Shown here piece after piece: positions 1-13,198 of a stretch of 64,000 nt of DNA. Both the position numbers and the translations under genes were made by a program. The notes beneath the pieces are model-generated. The model was not told the origin of the DNA and did no database searches. It saw only the letters and a program-made list of their open reading frames with translations. The stretch is from NCBI GenBank assembly GCA_036497565.1, contig DASXJE010000257.1, forward strand, positions 12,532 through 76,531, read 5' to 3'. Each line of letters starts with the position of its first letter. The first letter of the stretch is position 1. The stretch comes from Mycobacteriales bacterium (lineage in GTDB: Bacteria; Actinomycetota; Actinomycetes; Mycobacteriales; QHCD01).

Positions 1-775
1 GTACGTCCAGATGCGTCTCCGGGGAGAATCCATCCGTCTCCCCCGCCTGCGGCGCGAGGTTGAGCGCCACCACCCGCTGCGCCCGCGTCTCGGCGAGGGC
101 CTCGGCCAGCTCCGGCACCAGCAGGTGCGGCAGCACGCTGGTGAACCACGAGCCGGGGCCCAGCACGACGAAGTCGGCGTCGCGGACGGCCTGCACCGCC
201 GGACCGCACGCCGGCGGGTCGCGCGGCACGACCGAGACCGACAGCACCCGGCCGGGCGTGGTCGCGACGGCGACCTGTCCGCGGATCAGGCGGGTCGACA
301 TCGGGTCGTCGTCGATGCCGGCCACCTCGGCGACGATCTCGAGCGGCACCGTGCTCATCGGCAGCACCCGGCCGATCGCACCGAGCAGCCGCCCGGTCAG
401 GTCGAGCGCGGCCACGGTGTCGCCGGTCAGCTCCGCCAGCCCGGTGAGCAGCAGGTTGCCGACCGGGTGCCCGGCCAGCGCACCCGTTCCGCCGAACCGG
501 TACTGCAGCAGGTCCCCCCACGTGCGTCCCCACTCGTCGTCGCCGGCGAGGGTGGCGAGGGCCATCCGCAGATCGCCCGGGGGAACCGCCGAGAGCTCCC
601 GACGGATCCGGCCGCTGGAACCACCGTCGTCGGCGACCGTGACCACGGCCGTCAGCCGTTCGGTCAGCATGCGGAGCGCAGCAAGCGACGCAGCGAGGCC
701 GTGCCCGCCACCCAGTGCCACCACCCGCGGCCCGTCGGCCACGGCGGTGACTGTCGGTGCGGTCTCCTCGGTCAC
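1..775 (-). CDS. yvcK: YvcK/CofD-like UDP-GlcNAc-binding gluconeogenesis factor (3' end outside window)
   Basis: Not in ORF track; manual translation from GTG 775 gives VVALGGGHGL...VTVADDGGSSGR...PPGDLR...GHPVGNL...LGPGSWFTSV; follows rapZ as in the conserved uvrC-rapZ-yvcK order. Confidence 0.93.
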   Translation of the reverse strand, partial: MTEETAPTVTAVADGPRVVALGGGHGLAASLAALRMLTERLTAVVTVADDGGSSGRIRRELSAVPPGDLRMALATLAGDDEWGRTWGDLLQYRFGGTGALAGHPVGNLLLTGLAELTGDTVAALDLTGRLLGAIGRVLPMSTVPLEIVAEVAGIDDDPMSTRLIRGQVAVATTPGRVLSVSVVPRDPPACGPAVQAVRDADFVVLGPGSWFTSVLPHLLVPELAEALAETRAQRVVALNLAPQAGETDGFSPETHLDV

Positions 776-778
776 GGG

Positions 779-1669
779 TCACTCCCTGCCCAGGTCGCGG
801 TGGACGACCTCGGCGTGCACCTCGTCCTGCTCGAGGCGCGCGGCGAGCTGTTCGGCCATCGCGACCGACCGGTGCTTGCCTCCGGTGCAGCCGACGGCCA
901 GGGTCAGGTAGCGCTTGCCCTCCCGCTGGTATCCGGCCCCGACGAGCTGCAGCAGCGTGTGCAGGAGGTCGAGAAATTCGCTGGCGCCGGCCTGGCTCAA
1001 CACGTAGTCGCGGACCTCCGGGTCGCGCCCGGTCATCTCGCGCAGCTCGGGGATCCAGTGCGGGTTGGGCAGGAACCGCACGTCGACCACGAGGTCGGCG
1101 TCGACGGGCAGGCCGTACTTGTAGCCGAAGGACAGCACCGTGGCGCGCAGCGGCGGGGTCGCGTCGCTCCCGAACGCCGACTCCATCTTGTGCCGGAGTT
1201 CGTGCACGTTGAGCACGCTCGTGTCGATGACCAGGTCGGCCTCACCGGCGATACCGCGCAGCAACTCGCGCTCGGCCTCGATGCCGTCGATCAGTCGACC
1301 GGCGCCCTGCAGCGGATGCTGCCGCCGCACGTTCTCGAAGCGGCGGACGAGGACGTCGTCGCGCGCCTCGAGGAAGAGGACCCACGGCCGGTTACCCAGG
1401 CGGTCGAGCTCGATGATGACGTCGCGCAGGTCGGCGGAGAACGCCCGGCTCCGGACGTCGACGACGATCGCGATCCGGGTGACGGCGCCTTTCGACCGGC
1501 TGCCGAGCGCGACCATCGTCGAGATCAGTTCGGGCGGGAGGTTGTCGACGACGAAGTAACCGAGGTCTTCCAGGCATTTCGCGGCCGTGCTCCGACCGGC
1601 GCCGGACAGCCCGGACACGAGGACAACCTCGATGCCGTGCGGTTCGTCGTCCCCCTCGCGGACCGTCAT
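779..1669 (-). CDS. rapZ: RNase adapter RapZ (P-loop NTPase)
   Basis: SGLSGAGRS Walker [35 protein letters not shown]. Confidence 0.96.
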   Translation of the reverse strand: MTVREGDDEPHGIEVVLVSGLSGAGRSTAAKCLEDLGYFVVDNLPPELISTMVALGSRSKGAVTRIAIVVDVRSRAFSADLRDVIIELDRLGNRPWVLFLEARDDVLVRRFENVRRQHPLQGAGRLIDGIEAERELLRGIAGEADLVIDTSVLNVHELRHKMESAFGSDATPPLRATVLSFGYKYGLPVDADLVVDVRFLPNPHWIPELREMTGRDPEVRDYVLSQAGASEFLDLLHTLLQLVGAGYQREGKRYLTLAVGCTGGKHRSVAMAEQLAARLEQDEVHAEVVHRDLGRE

Positions 1670-3666
1670 CCCCCACCATCGCTGACTGAGCCGGACCGCG
1701 CGACCTCGTCGTCGACTATTTCCCCGGTCGCCGGGTTGACTGCCGGCGTCTCGGTATCGTCCTCGACATGCAGCGCCGCGACAACCGATTCGGCAATACG
1801 GGGCCCGATTCCGTGTACGCCGGCAATCTCGTCGACGGTTGCGGCGCGTAGCCGCTTCAACGATCCGAACCGCGACAGCAGCGCCTTGCGACGTGTTTCA
1901 CCGAGACCCGGTACGCCGTCGAGCACCGACGCCACCATCGACTTGGACCGCTTCTGCCGGTGGTAGGTGATCGCGAACCGGTGCGCCTCGTCGCGTACCC
2001 GCTGCAGGAGGTAGAGACCTTCCGACGTCCTGGGCAGGATCACCGGGTCGGTGTCACCGGGTAGCCAGACCTCCTCGAGCCGCTTCGCGAGCCCACAGAG
2101 CGCGACGTCGACGATTCCGAGGTCGGCGAGTGCCTCTGCGGCGGCGGCGACCTGCGGCGCACCGCCGTCGACGACGACGAGGTTCGGCGGGTAGGCGAAC
2201 TTCCGCGGTCGCCCGGTGTCGGGGTCGATCGGCGTCGCTTCGGGATCGTCCTCGTCGCCGGACCGGATCCGTTCCTCGAGATAACGGCTGAAGCGGCGGT
2301 GGACGACCTCCCGGATCCAGGCCGTGTCGTCCGAGCCGTGCGTGCCGCGCACGGCGAACCTGCGGTACTCGTTCTTGCGCGCCAATCCATCCTCGAACAC
2401 GACCATGCTGGCCACGACGTTGCTGCCCTGCACGTGGGAGACGTCGAAACACTCGATCCGCAGCGGCGCGTCGTCGAGCCCCAACGCCTCCTGGATCTCG
2501 GCCAGTGCCCGGCTACGCGCCGTCAGATCGCTCGCCCGCTTCAGCTTGTGCTGGGTGAACGCCTGCTCGGCATTGCGCGCCACGGTCTCCATCAACGCCC
2601 GCTTGTCGCCGCGCTGCGGCACCCGCAGCCGCACCCGGCCGCCCCGCCGCTCGGCCAGCCACTCCTCGAGCGCCTCGGCGTCGGCCGGCAACTCCGGGAC
2701 GAGCACCTCGCGGGGAACGTCCTCGGCGTAGTCGCCGCCGTAGATCTGGGTGGCGAACTGTTCGACCAACTCACCGGTGGTGACGTCCTCGACCTTGTCG
2801 ACCACCCAACCGCGCTGACCGCGGACCCGGCCGCCGCGCACGTGGAACACCTGGACCGCGGCCTCGAGCGGGTCCTGGGCGAAGGCCACCACGTCGGCGT
2901 CGGTGCCGTCGCCGAAGACGACGGCCTGCTTCTCCATCGCCCGGCGCAGCGCGCCGATGTCGTCGCGGAGCCGGGCGGCCCGTTCGAACTCGAGTTCGGC
3001 GGACGCCTGTTCCATCTCCGTTTCCATCCGGCGCAGCATCTGATCGGTCTTGCCGGCCATGAAGTCGCAGAAGTCCTCGACGATCCGGCGATGTTCGTCG
3101 GCGCTGACACGGCCGACGCACGGGGCCGAACACTTGCCGATGTAGCCCAGCAGGCAGGGCCGGTCGATCTGGCGGGCCCGCTTGAAGACGCCGGCCGAGC
3201 AGGTGCGGGCCGGAAACACCCGCAGCAGCAGGTCGAGGGTCTCCCGGATCGCCCAGGCGTGCGCGTAGGGCCCGAAGTAGCGCACCCCTTTGCGCTTGGG
3301 ACCGCGCATCACCTGCAGCCGCGGATACTCCTCGTACAAGGTGACCGCCAGTGACGGGTAGCTCTTGTCGTCGCGGTAACGCACGTTGAACCGCGGGTCG
3401 TACTCCTTGATCCAGTTGTATTCGAGCTGGAGCGCCTCCACCTCGGTGGAGACCACCGTCCACTGCACCTCCGCGGCGGTCATGACCATCTGTCGGGTGC
3501 GCGGATGGAGCGCGGTGATGTCCTGGAAGTACGACGACAGGCGGCTGCGGAGGCTCTTCGCCTTGCCGACATAGATGACCCGGCCATGTGTGTCCGAGAA
3601 CCGGTACACGCCCGGGGACTCCGGGACCGTGCCCGGAGCCGGGCGGTAGGTGGACGGATCAGGCAT
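1666..3666 (-). CDS. uvrC: Excinuclease ABC subunit C
   Basis: GIY-YIG N-terminus (PGVY...[10 protein letters not shown]), [25 protein letters not shown]-terminal HhH. Confidence 0.98.
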   Translation of the reverse strand: MPDPSTYRPAPGTVPESPGVYRFSDTHGRVIYVGKAKSLRSRLSSYFQDITALHPRTRQMVMTAAEVQWTVVSTEVEALQLEYNWIKEYDPRFNVRYRDDKSYPSLAVTLYEEYPRLQVMRGPKRKGVRYFGPYAHAWAIRETLDLLLRVFPARTCSAGVFKRARQIDRPCLLGYIGKCSAPCVGRVSADEHRRIVEDFCDFMAGKTDQMLRRMETEMEQASAELEFERAARLRDDIGALRRAMEKQAVVFGDGTDADVVAFAQDPLEAAVQVFHVRGGRVRGQRGWVVDKVEDVTTGELVEQFATQIYGGDYAEDVPREVLVPELPADAEALEEWLAERRGGRVRLRVPQRGDKRALMETVARNAEQAFTQHKLKRASDLTARSRALAEIQEALGLDDAPLRIECFDVSHVQGSNVVASMVVFEDGLARKNEYRRFAVRGTHGSDDTAWIREVVHRRFSRYLEERIRSGDEDDPEATPIDPDTGRPRKFAYPPNLVVVDGGAPQVAAAAEALADLGIVDVALCGLAKRLEEVWLPGDTDPVILPRTSEGLYLLQRVRDEAHRFAITYHRQKRSKSMVASVLDGVPGLGETRRKALLSRFGSLKRLRAATVDEIAGVHGIGPRIAESVVAALHVEDDTETPAVNPATGEIVDDEVARSGSVSDGGG

Positions 3667-3832
3667 ATCCCGAGCCTATCTCCGCGGCGATCCGCGGTCC
3701 GCTCTCGTGCGGGGCGACGTAGGACGCTCTACTCGCAAATGTGCCCTCGAGATGCGAGTACGGCGCACGATGTCGCCGCCGAGGGCGGCGGCGCACCCGC
3801 GGTGAGGCTGCACCGCTGGTCGTCTGGCGGTA

Positions 3833-6829
<2,997 letters not shown>

Positions 6830-6885
6830 GAGGTTCCAGTCGGTAGCGACGGGCGAGAGATCGGGGGGTAGAGGTCGACAGCTCC

Positions 6886-6908
6886 AATCTAGCGACGGCC
6901 ACCGACAC
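6886..6908 (-). promoter_or_regulatory. PafBC/RecA-NDp-type DNA-damage promoter of uvrA
   Basis: Minus strand reads GTGTCGGTG-N8(GCCGTCGC)-TAGATT, matching tTGTCRgtg-N8-TAnnnT. Confidence 0.8.
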
Positions 6909-6976
6909 TTTGTTCCCGAGTGGTCTGCGGGTGGCCCGGTTTGGCCCGGAACGGGCCGGTCGGGCAATCTGAGCAT

Positions 6977-7630
6977 GTGACCTACACCGGCGACGTCCAT
7001 CCCGGCGGCCCGTCCGACGTCCGTGAGCTCGACACCCTGACGATCACGAAGATCTCCGTCGGCCCCATGGACAACAACGCCTACCTGCTGCGCAGCCCGG
7101 CCACGGGCGACGCCGTACTGATCGATGCCGCGAACGAGCCGGACCGGCTGCTCGACCTCGTCCGCGACATCCCGCTCCGCGCGATCGTGACGACCCACCG
7201 GCACGGCGACCACTGGCAGGCCCTCGCCGCCGTCCGCGAGGCGACCGGGGCGCAGGTGGTGGCGCACACCCTCGACGCACCCGAGCTGCCGGTCGACGTC
7301 GACCGGACCGTCGAGCACGGCGACACCGTCCCGGTCGGGGAGTCGACCCTCTCGGTGATCCATCTGCGCGGGCACACCCCGGGCAGCATCGCGCTGCGCT
7401 TCGACCAGCCGGGCGCCCACCCGCACCTGTTCACCGGCGACTCGCTCTTCCCGGGCGGCCCCGGCAAGACCGCCGGCCCCGAGCAGTTCGCCAGCCTGAT
7501 GACCGACCTCGAGGACCGGGTCTTCGACCCGCTGCCCGACCCGACCTGGGTCTATCCGGGGCACGGCAACGACACCACTCTCGGCACCGAACGCCCGCAC
7601 CTCGCGGAGTGGCGCGACCGCGGTTGGTGA
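6977..7630 (+). CDS. MBL-fold metallo-hydrolase
   Basis: [28 protein letters not shown]; usual divergent neighbour of uvrA; CAATCT 6 nt before GTG suggests a leaderless start. Confidence 0.92.
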   Translation: MTYTGDVHPGGPSDVRELDTLTITKISVGPMDNNAYLLRSPATGDAVLIDAANEPDRLLDLVRDIPLRAIVTTHRHGDHWQALAAVREATGAQVVAHTLDAPELPVDVDRTVEHGDTVPVGESTLSVIHLRGHTPGSIALRFDQPGAHPHLFTGDSLFPGGPGKTAGPEQFASLMTDLEDRVFDPLPDPTWVYPGHGNDTTLGTERPHLAEWRDRGW

Positions 7631-7767
7631 CGCCCGCCCGGGGGTGAGATCCCCCGTTTCGGCTCGCCCGGAGCCGTCGCCGGGCCATGATCGGAACGAG
7701 GGTGGGTCGTCGACCGCGCCGGATCCGCGCCGGCCGACGGACCGTTCGGGGAGCGCCGAGGGGTACC

Positions 7768-8631
7768 GTGTCCGACTTCTATCAGCGGGTGATCGTCGAA
7801 CCCGGCAGGGCGCCGCTGCTCTTTCTGTTCGCCGCGTTCATCGTGACGTTCCTCTTCACCCGGCTCAGCGTGCGGATGATCCGGGCGGGGGTGTCCTGGT
7901 GGCCCGGCAACGTTGCCTCGGGCGGAGTGCACATCCACCACGCGGTTTTCGGGGCCACGCTGATGTTGATCGGCGGGGTGGGGGCGTTCACCCCGGCCGG
8001 CGCCAACACGCCTTGGTGGCAGATTCTCGGCATCATGTTCGGCGTCGGTGCCGCGCTGGTGCTCGACGAGTTCGCACTTCTGCTGCACCTCGACGACGTC
8101 TACTGGTCGGAGAAGGGGCGCACCTCCGTCGACGCCGTCATCCTCGCCGCCGCGGTGACCGCACTCCTGCTCCTCGGCGCGCTGCCCCTGGGCATCAACG
8201 ACCTCGGGCCGGCCGAGAGCGCGGCCCGCAGCGAGGCGGTCGCGGTCCTCGTCGTCAACGCCATCCTGGTCCTGATCACGGTCTTCAAGGGAAAGCTGGC
8301 CTTGGGAGTCCTCGGGCTTTTCGTCCCGTTCCTCGCCTTGATCGGCGCGATCCGGCTGGCCCATCCGGAGTCTCCCTGGGCACACTGGTTCTACAAGGAC
8401 GGCTCGCGGCGCCACGAGCGCGCCGAGACGCGCGCGCAGCGCCGTCGGGCCCGCCAGATCCGGTTCAAATTCCGGATCCTCGACACGATCGCCGGTCGGC
8501 CCGACCCGGAGGCGGGCGCCGGTGCAGATACCGATCCGGGTACGGCGACGGCCCCGCCGGTCACTCACGCCCCGTCGTCGCCAGCCGAAGGAGATCCCGG
8601 GCGTCCGCATCAGGCAGGTAGGCCCGGGTGA
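7768..8631 (+). CDS. Uncharacterised multi-pass membrane protein (HIHH...LDE motif)
   Basis: Hydrophobic helices, [11 protein letters not shown] and [17 protein letters not shown]; start GTG 7768 inferred. Confidence 0.75.
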   Translation: MSDFYQRVIVEPGRAPLLFLFAAFIVTFLFTRLSVRMIRAGVSWWPGNVASGGVHIHHAVFGATLMLIGGVGAFTPAGANTPWWQILGIMFGVGAALVLDEFALLLHLDDVYWSEKGRTSVDAVILAAAVTALLLLGALPLGINDLGPAESAARSEAVAVLVVNAILVLITVFKGKLALGVLGLFVPFLALIGAIRLAHPESPWAHWFYKDGSRRHERAETRAQRRRARQIRFKFRILDTIAGRPDPEAGAGADTDPGTATAPPVTHAPSSPAEGDPGRPHQAGRPG

Positions 8632-10699
8632 GGGCGATTCCGATCCGCGGCAGGTCCGCCTCGTCGCGGTAGACGAGGTACAACGGTTCGTAGCGCGGCT
8701 TGAACTTCATCTTGAACGTGTGCAGGGATCGGAAGCCGTAGTAGGGCTCAAGTGCGGCGCCGAGTGCGTCGAGCAGCCGGTCCAGCGTCGTCGCCGCGTG
8801 GGCCGATTCGCTGCGTGCCAACGGAGCCGCGGACAGGGAGATGAAGTCCGCGCCCTCGGCCTGGAAAGCCAGGCAGGCCGAGGCGATGAGGTACTCGACC
8901 ACCGGCCGGAATCCGTCGCTACGGCGGCGCATCACGTCGAGGGTCCAGCCGGCGATCCGGTCACTCCCGTCGTACACCGGCAGCCAGGACGTGACGCCCT
9001 GCACCCGGCCGTCGCCGTCGGTCGCGAGCCCGACCCGCACCTGCCGGTCGAGGGCCTCGTCGACGCCGCCCAGGGTGAAGCCCATCTCGGGGAGTCCCTT
9101 GTCCCCCACCCATTCCTCGGAGATCTCCCGCACCTGGTGGATCACCGCGCGCGGTTCGTCGGCGAGTGCCACCAGTCGGTATTCGATGCCCTCCTTCTTC
9201 GCCCGGTTGAGCGCGGTGCGCACGCCCTGCCAGGACTTCCCGCGGAACTCGAGCCCGGCGAGGTCGATCACCGTGTCCTCGGCGACCTGCAGCGACTGCC
9301 AGCCGATCTCCTCGGCCGCCGCCGCGACCGATGCACCGACCGAGAAGAGGCACGGGGTGAGTCCGGCCGCGTCGCACATCGACGCGAAGGACCGGACGGA
9401 CGTCAGCCGGGCGGCCCGGAGCCCGACCGGGTCACCGAGTCCGAGCGCGACACCGGCCTGCACCCGGTAGGCGACGTAGGCCTGGGTGCCGTCGCCGCCG
9501 AAGTAGGAGTTTGCCGGCCAGGTCGTCATCCACGACAGGTGGTCGCCGCCGTGCCGGCGTAACAGCGCGACCGCCTCGTCACGGTCGACCGCGCCGGGGA
9601 CCCCGCGTCGCCGCCGTCGCCGCCCCGGTACGGCGAAAGCATGTCGCCCGGCAATGAGCACCAGCAGCATGCCGGCCCACAGCACTCCGTCGGCGACGAA
9701 CAACGGCTCGCCGCCGACGTCGATGTTCGGGTTCGGCCCGGGGATCGCCCCGGCGACGATCAGGAGCACGGCCGCGAGAAGGGCCAGGGCGACGAAGAAT
9801 CCGGAAAAGCCGACGGCCCACCGCCAGGCCACCCGTCGCCCGCGCCGCAGCCCGTTGACCAGGAGTGCGGTCACGACGAGCACGACCGCGACCTCGGCCG
9901 CGGATCCGCCTGTCCCGGCGGTGGATCCGAGCGGCCCGTTACCCGGGAGCAACCAGACCACGAAGCGGATCCCGGCGATCACGGCGAGCCCGACCGCGGC
10001 GATGAGACGCCACTCCCGCCGGCTCGGTCCGGCCCGGTCGTGCGCCGGCACACCGCCGACGAGGCGGTGGCCCAGCGGCAGCGCGACTGCCACCGCGACC
10101 GCGTGCTCGAGGTTCGCGAGCGTGCCGACGTAGAGGACCGAGATCGCGACGTAGCCGACGAGTACGGCGCGCACGCGCAGCCGCCACGGCGCCCGGATCC
10201 GCGCGGTGACGATGGCGATCGACGCCAGCGCACCGGCGGAGAAGCCCACGTCGAGACCACCGGCGAGCTGGTGCGCCCACGTCCACCCGCTGTCGCGGAA
10301 GATCCAGAGGAAGAACGCCGCGCCGACTACGCCGACCAGCTGCCCGCCGACGCAGTACGTCGCCGCCCGCCGGGTCCCGACCTGCCACTCGGTGTATCCG
10401 ACGAGCAGCGCGAACGACACGATCAGCGGAAGGTAGACGATCGGTGAGATCGCGAACCACGGCCCGGTCACCAACGTCCACCAGCGCGCCTTTTCGAAGG
10501 ACGGCAGACCGAAGGCGACGTTGGGATACCACGACTGATGCTCGGTGGCGTGCCACAGCGTCGTCGTCGCGGCACCGACGACGAGCAGCGCGACGACGAC
10601 GGCGACCGTGAAGGGACACCGGCGCAGGATCAGCAGCGTGACGCGTCGGGCAGTTGATGTCGCGCGCTCGCCGGTCGCGGCGTCCGCCGGCACGGTCAA
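8561..10699 (-). CDS. MprF-like/DUF2156 aminoacyl-lipid synthase with rhomboid-like N-terminal membrane domain
   Basis: C-terminal LGDPVG, DTVIDLAGLEFRGKSWQGVRTALNRA, WTLDVMRR, YGFRSLHTFKMKFKP; TTG start 10699 overlaps the upstream TGA; the 1125-aa track ORF is an over-extension. Confidence 0.88.
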   Translation of the reverse strand: MTVPADAATGERATSTARRVTLLILRRCPFTVAVVVALLVVGAATTTLWHATEHQSWYPNVAFGLPSFEKARWWTLVTGPWFAISPIVYLPLIVSFALLVGYTEWQVGTRRAATYCVGGQLVGVVGAAFFLWIFRDSGWTWAHQLAGGLDVGFSAGALASIAIVTARIRAPWRLRVRAVLVGYVAISVLYVGTLANLEHAVAVAVALPLGHRLVGGVPAHDRAGPSRREWRLIAAVGLAVIAGIRFVVWLLPGNGPLGSTAGTGGSAAEVAVVLVVTALLVNGLRRGRRVAWRWAVGFSGFFVALALLAAVLLIVAGAIPGPNPNIDVGGEPLFVADGVLWAGMLLVLIAGRHAFAVPGRRRRRRGVPGAVDRDEAVALLRRHGGDHLSWMTTWPANSYFGGDGTQAYVAYRVQAGVALGLGDPVGLRAARLTSVRSFASMCDAAGLTPCLFSVGASVAAAAEEIGWQSLQVAEDTVIDLAGLEFRGKSWQGVRTALNRAKKEGIEYRLVALADEPRAVIHQVREISEEWVGDKGLPEMGFTLGGVDEALDRQVRVGLATDGDGRVQGVTSWLPVYDGSDRIAGWTLDVMRRRSDGFRPVVEYLIASACLAFQAEGADFISLSAAPLARSESAHAATTLDRLLDALGAALEPYYGFRSLHTFKMKFKPRYEPLYLVYRDEADLPRIGIALTRAYLPDADARDLLRLATTGRE

Positions 10700-11808
10700 C
10701 CGTCCGGGTCCGTGATAGCCGGGGCCAGGAATCGCTTGCGGTATCGGACGTAGAGCCCGAGCATCGGGAGTTCGACGATGATGGCGGCGACGACGGTTTC
10801 CGCGCTCACATAGCCCAGGAGGATGTTGACTCCTGCCAGGGAGAGCACGAGACCCGCGATGCCGGCCTGAATTCCGCGCCGGTCGCGGGCGAAGATCAAC
10901 AGCACCGCCGATGCGAGGAGGAGAAGACCCACGATCGTCTCGCCGGCGCCGGCCAGCAGGAGCACCGGCGCGTCGGTGCTTCCCCGGATCGTCTGGTCGT
11001 CGATCTTGACGATCGCGTTCGCGTCGCTGGTCGCTAGTACTACGACCACGGCGAGTCCGAGCAGCGAGTACAGCCCGATCAACAGCGACAGCACGATGAG
11101 GATGATCCGGTGCAGGGTCCGCGGCAGCAGCCGCCGTTCCACCGACTCGAGCCAGGCGACGGCACGCTGCCGCCGCAGCACGATCGACTGCGCCTGGACC
11201 GCCGGCGACGCGACGTAGGGCCGCAGCCGCCCGGCGAGGTCGGCAAGGTCGGGCCGATCGGTCGACGTCGTGATGAGGGTGAGCCGGGAGAGCAGGTCGG
11301 CCCGCAGTCCGGTGCCGACCCGCGCATCCGCGACCCGGGTGAGGTCGTCGAGGACGACGTAGGTCTGGCCGCGCGCGTCGTACTGTCGGGGACGGCTTGC
11401 GCGACGGGCGAGCGCGAGAACCCCGAGAAACACCACATAGATGATCGGAGCGGCCACCGGGGTGAAGTAGTTGTTCTTCGAGGTGATGAACTTGCCCACT
11501 TCGTCGATGAAGAGTCCGACACCCGTCCCGGCGCACAGCGCGGCCACGGTGAAGGCCCAGTCGTTGGCCCAGGCCAACGGCAGGATCGCCCCTACCGCCA
11601 ACAGGACTCCGCCCCAGAGCGCGTGGGCGATGTGGTATCCGCCACCGGCGATCTGCGGATAGCCCGCGAGCACCAGGAAAAGTCGAGTGACGACCACGGT
11701 CACGCCGAAGGAGATGACCAAAAGCCCCAGCCGGGCACCCGCGTGCGGCCGCGCCACGGGACGTGCGGAACCGACCCGTTGCACGGGTTGGGGAAGGGAC
11801 TCGTCCAT
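10696..11808 (-). CDS. Uncharacterised multi-pass membrane protein (HIAH...IDE motif)
   Basis: GGYHIAHALWGG and GLFIDEVGKF; GGGAGG RBS before ATG 11808; stop coupled to the start of the DUF2156 gene. Confidence 0.75.
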   Translation of the reverse strand: MDESLPQPVQRVGSARPVARPHAGARLGLLVISFGVTVVVTRLFLVLAGYPQIAGGGYHIAHALWGGVLLAVGAILPLAWANDWAFTVAALCAGTGVGLFIDEVGKFITSKNNYFTPVAAPIIYVVFLGVLALARRASRPRQYDARGQTYVVLDDLTRVADARVGTGLRADLLSRLTLITTSTDRPDLADLAGRLRPYVASPAVQAQSIVLRRQRAVAWLESVERRLLPRTLHRIILIVLSLLIGLYSLLGLAVVVVLATSDANAIVKIDDQTIRGSTDAPVLLLAGAGETIVGLLLLASAVLLIFARDRRGIQAGIAGLVLSLAGVNILLGYVSAETVVAAIIVELPMLGLYVRYRKRFLAPAITDPDG

Positions 11809-11899
11809 CACCACCTCCCGTCCCTGTTACCACTGTGAGTGATGTGGTAGGTCCGCGTCCGGCGTTCGGTCGCAATGGGTGGCGATCGCATTTCCGGGG

Positions 11900-11952
11900 T
11901 TGACACGGTCCCGCCCGGCCACCAATCTCTCCTGGCACGACCGGTCAGACCA
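11900..11952 (+). promoter_or_regulatory. Sigma70-type promoter and FadR-type operator of the enolase/ABC operon
   Basis: TTGACA(11900)-N17-CAATCT(11923); CGGTCAGACCA at 11942-11952 differs from TnGTnnnACnA at one position. Confidence 0.6.
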
Positions 11953-11977
11953 GGGGCGACATGGTGGAGGTAGCGGC

Positions 11978-13171
11978 GTGCGGCTCACCGCCCTGGAGAC
12001 GTTGCGCCCCGATTTCCAGCCCAACGTGCTGCTGCTCCAGTTGCACACCGACGACGGCGCGGTCGGGCTCGGCGAGACATTCTTCAGCCCGGACGCGGCC
12101 GAGTCCTACCTGCACTCGGTAGTGGCACCGGCGCTGCTCGGCCGGACCGATCCCCGTCCGGAACGAGTCGGCCGATTGCTCGCGCCTTACGTCGGCTATC
12201 AGGGCGGCGGAGTGGAGACGCGGGCTCTCGGTGCGGTGGATATCGCGCTGTGGGATCTGCTCGGCCGGCAGGCCGGCCTGCCCGTGACCGACCTGCTCGG
12301 CGGCCCGGTGCGCGACGACATCGACGTCTACAACACCTGCGCCGGACCGGGCTACATCGCCACCTCCGGCCGGCAGGAGTCGGCCAACTGGGGCGTCGGC
12401 GGGACCAGCCGGTACGAGGACCTCGAGGCCTTCCTGCACCGACCGGCGGAGCTGGCCAAAGAGCTACTGGCCGAGGGCATCGGCGGGATGAAGGTCTGGC
12501 CGTTCGACACCGCGGCGGAACGCTCCGCGGGCAACGAGATCTCGCCCGCCGAATTGGACGCGGGACTGCGGTGCCTCGCCGCCATCAGGGACTCCGTCGG
12601 TCTCGACATGCGCCTGATGGTCGAACTGCACGGGCTCTGGAACCGGCCCACGGCCGAGCGGATCTGCGCGGCGGTCGCGCCGTACCAGCCCTTCTGGGTC
12701 GAGGATCCGTTGCGCGGGGACCAGGTCGAGGCGTTCTCGCGACTCGCGTCGCGGGTCGACGTACCGATCGCCACCGGCGAGACGTGCGTCGGCCGCCGTG
12801 GCTTTCTGCCGCTCCTGCAGGCCGGCGCGCTCGACGTGGTCACCGTCGACGTGCAGTGGACCGGTGGTATCACCGAGGCGCGCAAGGTGGCGGCCCTCGC
12901 CGACACCTACGGCGTGCCGGTCGCACCGCATGATTGCACCGGCCCGGTGAGTCTTGCCGCGTGCCTGCACCTGGTCATGAGCCAGCCCAACGGCCTCATC
13001 CAGGAGACCGTTCGGGCCTTCCTGCGGACCTGGTACGCCGACCTCGTCGTCGGCCTGCCGGAGGTGGTCGACGGCCGGATCGCGCCGACCCGCGAACCCG
13101 GTCTCGGGCTGCGACTGGTCGACGGGCTCGCCGACCGCACCGACGTACAACGACGCATCAGCACGGTCTGA
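11978..13171 (+). CDS. Mandelate racemase/muconate lactonizing enzyme family (probable acid-sugar dehydratase)
   Basis: GLGET, AVDIALWDL, MKVWPFD, metal ligands in WVEDP and ATGET, PHDC; start GTG 11978 inferred from GGAGG. Confidence 0.9.
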   Translation: MRLTALETLRPDFQPNVLLLQLHTDDGAVGLGETFFSPDAAESYLHSVVAPALLGRTDPRPERVGRLLAPYVGYQGGGVETRALGAVDIALWDLLGRQAGLPVTDLLGGPVRDDIDVYNTCAGPGYIATSGRQESANWGVGGTSRYEDLEAFLHRPAELAKELLAEGIGGMKVWPFDTAAERSAGNEISPAELDAGLRCLAAIRDSVGLDMRLMVELHGLWNRPTAERICAAVAPYQPFWVEDPLRGDQVEAFSRLASRVDVPIATGETCVGRRGFLPLLQAGALDVVTVDVQWTGGITEARKVAALADTYGVPVAPHDCTGPVSLAACLHLVMSQPNGLIQETVRAFLRTWYADLVVGLPEVVDGRIAPTREPGLGLRLVDGLADRTDVQRRISTV

Positions 13172-13198
13172 CCGAAAACACTGGGATCGGAGATCGCC

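Noticed and set aside
11-1966. 651-aa plus-strand ORF and similar long antisense ORFs (23108-25993, 36874-38904, 50941-52974, 55491-57845)
   Set aside because: Shadow frames opposite well-supported genes; expected in high-GC DNA with few stops; no recognisable motifs
6830-7600. 257-codon N-terminal extension of UvrA in the track
   Set aside because: It overlaps the MBL gene on the other strand and spans the uvrA promoter; UvrA homology starts at 6829
10700-11938. 1125-aa giant MprF fusion
   Set aside because: The upstream part overlaps a separate coherent membrane-protein gene in another frame; the TTG start at 10699 is coupled to its stop
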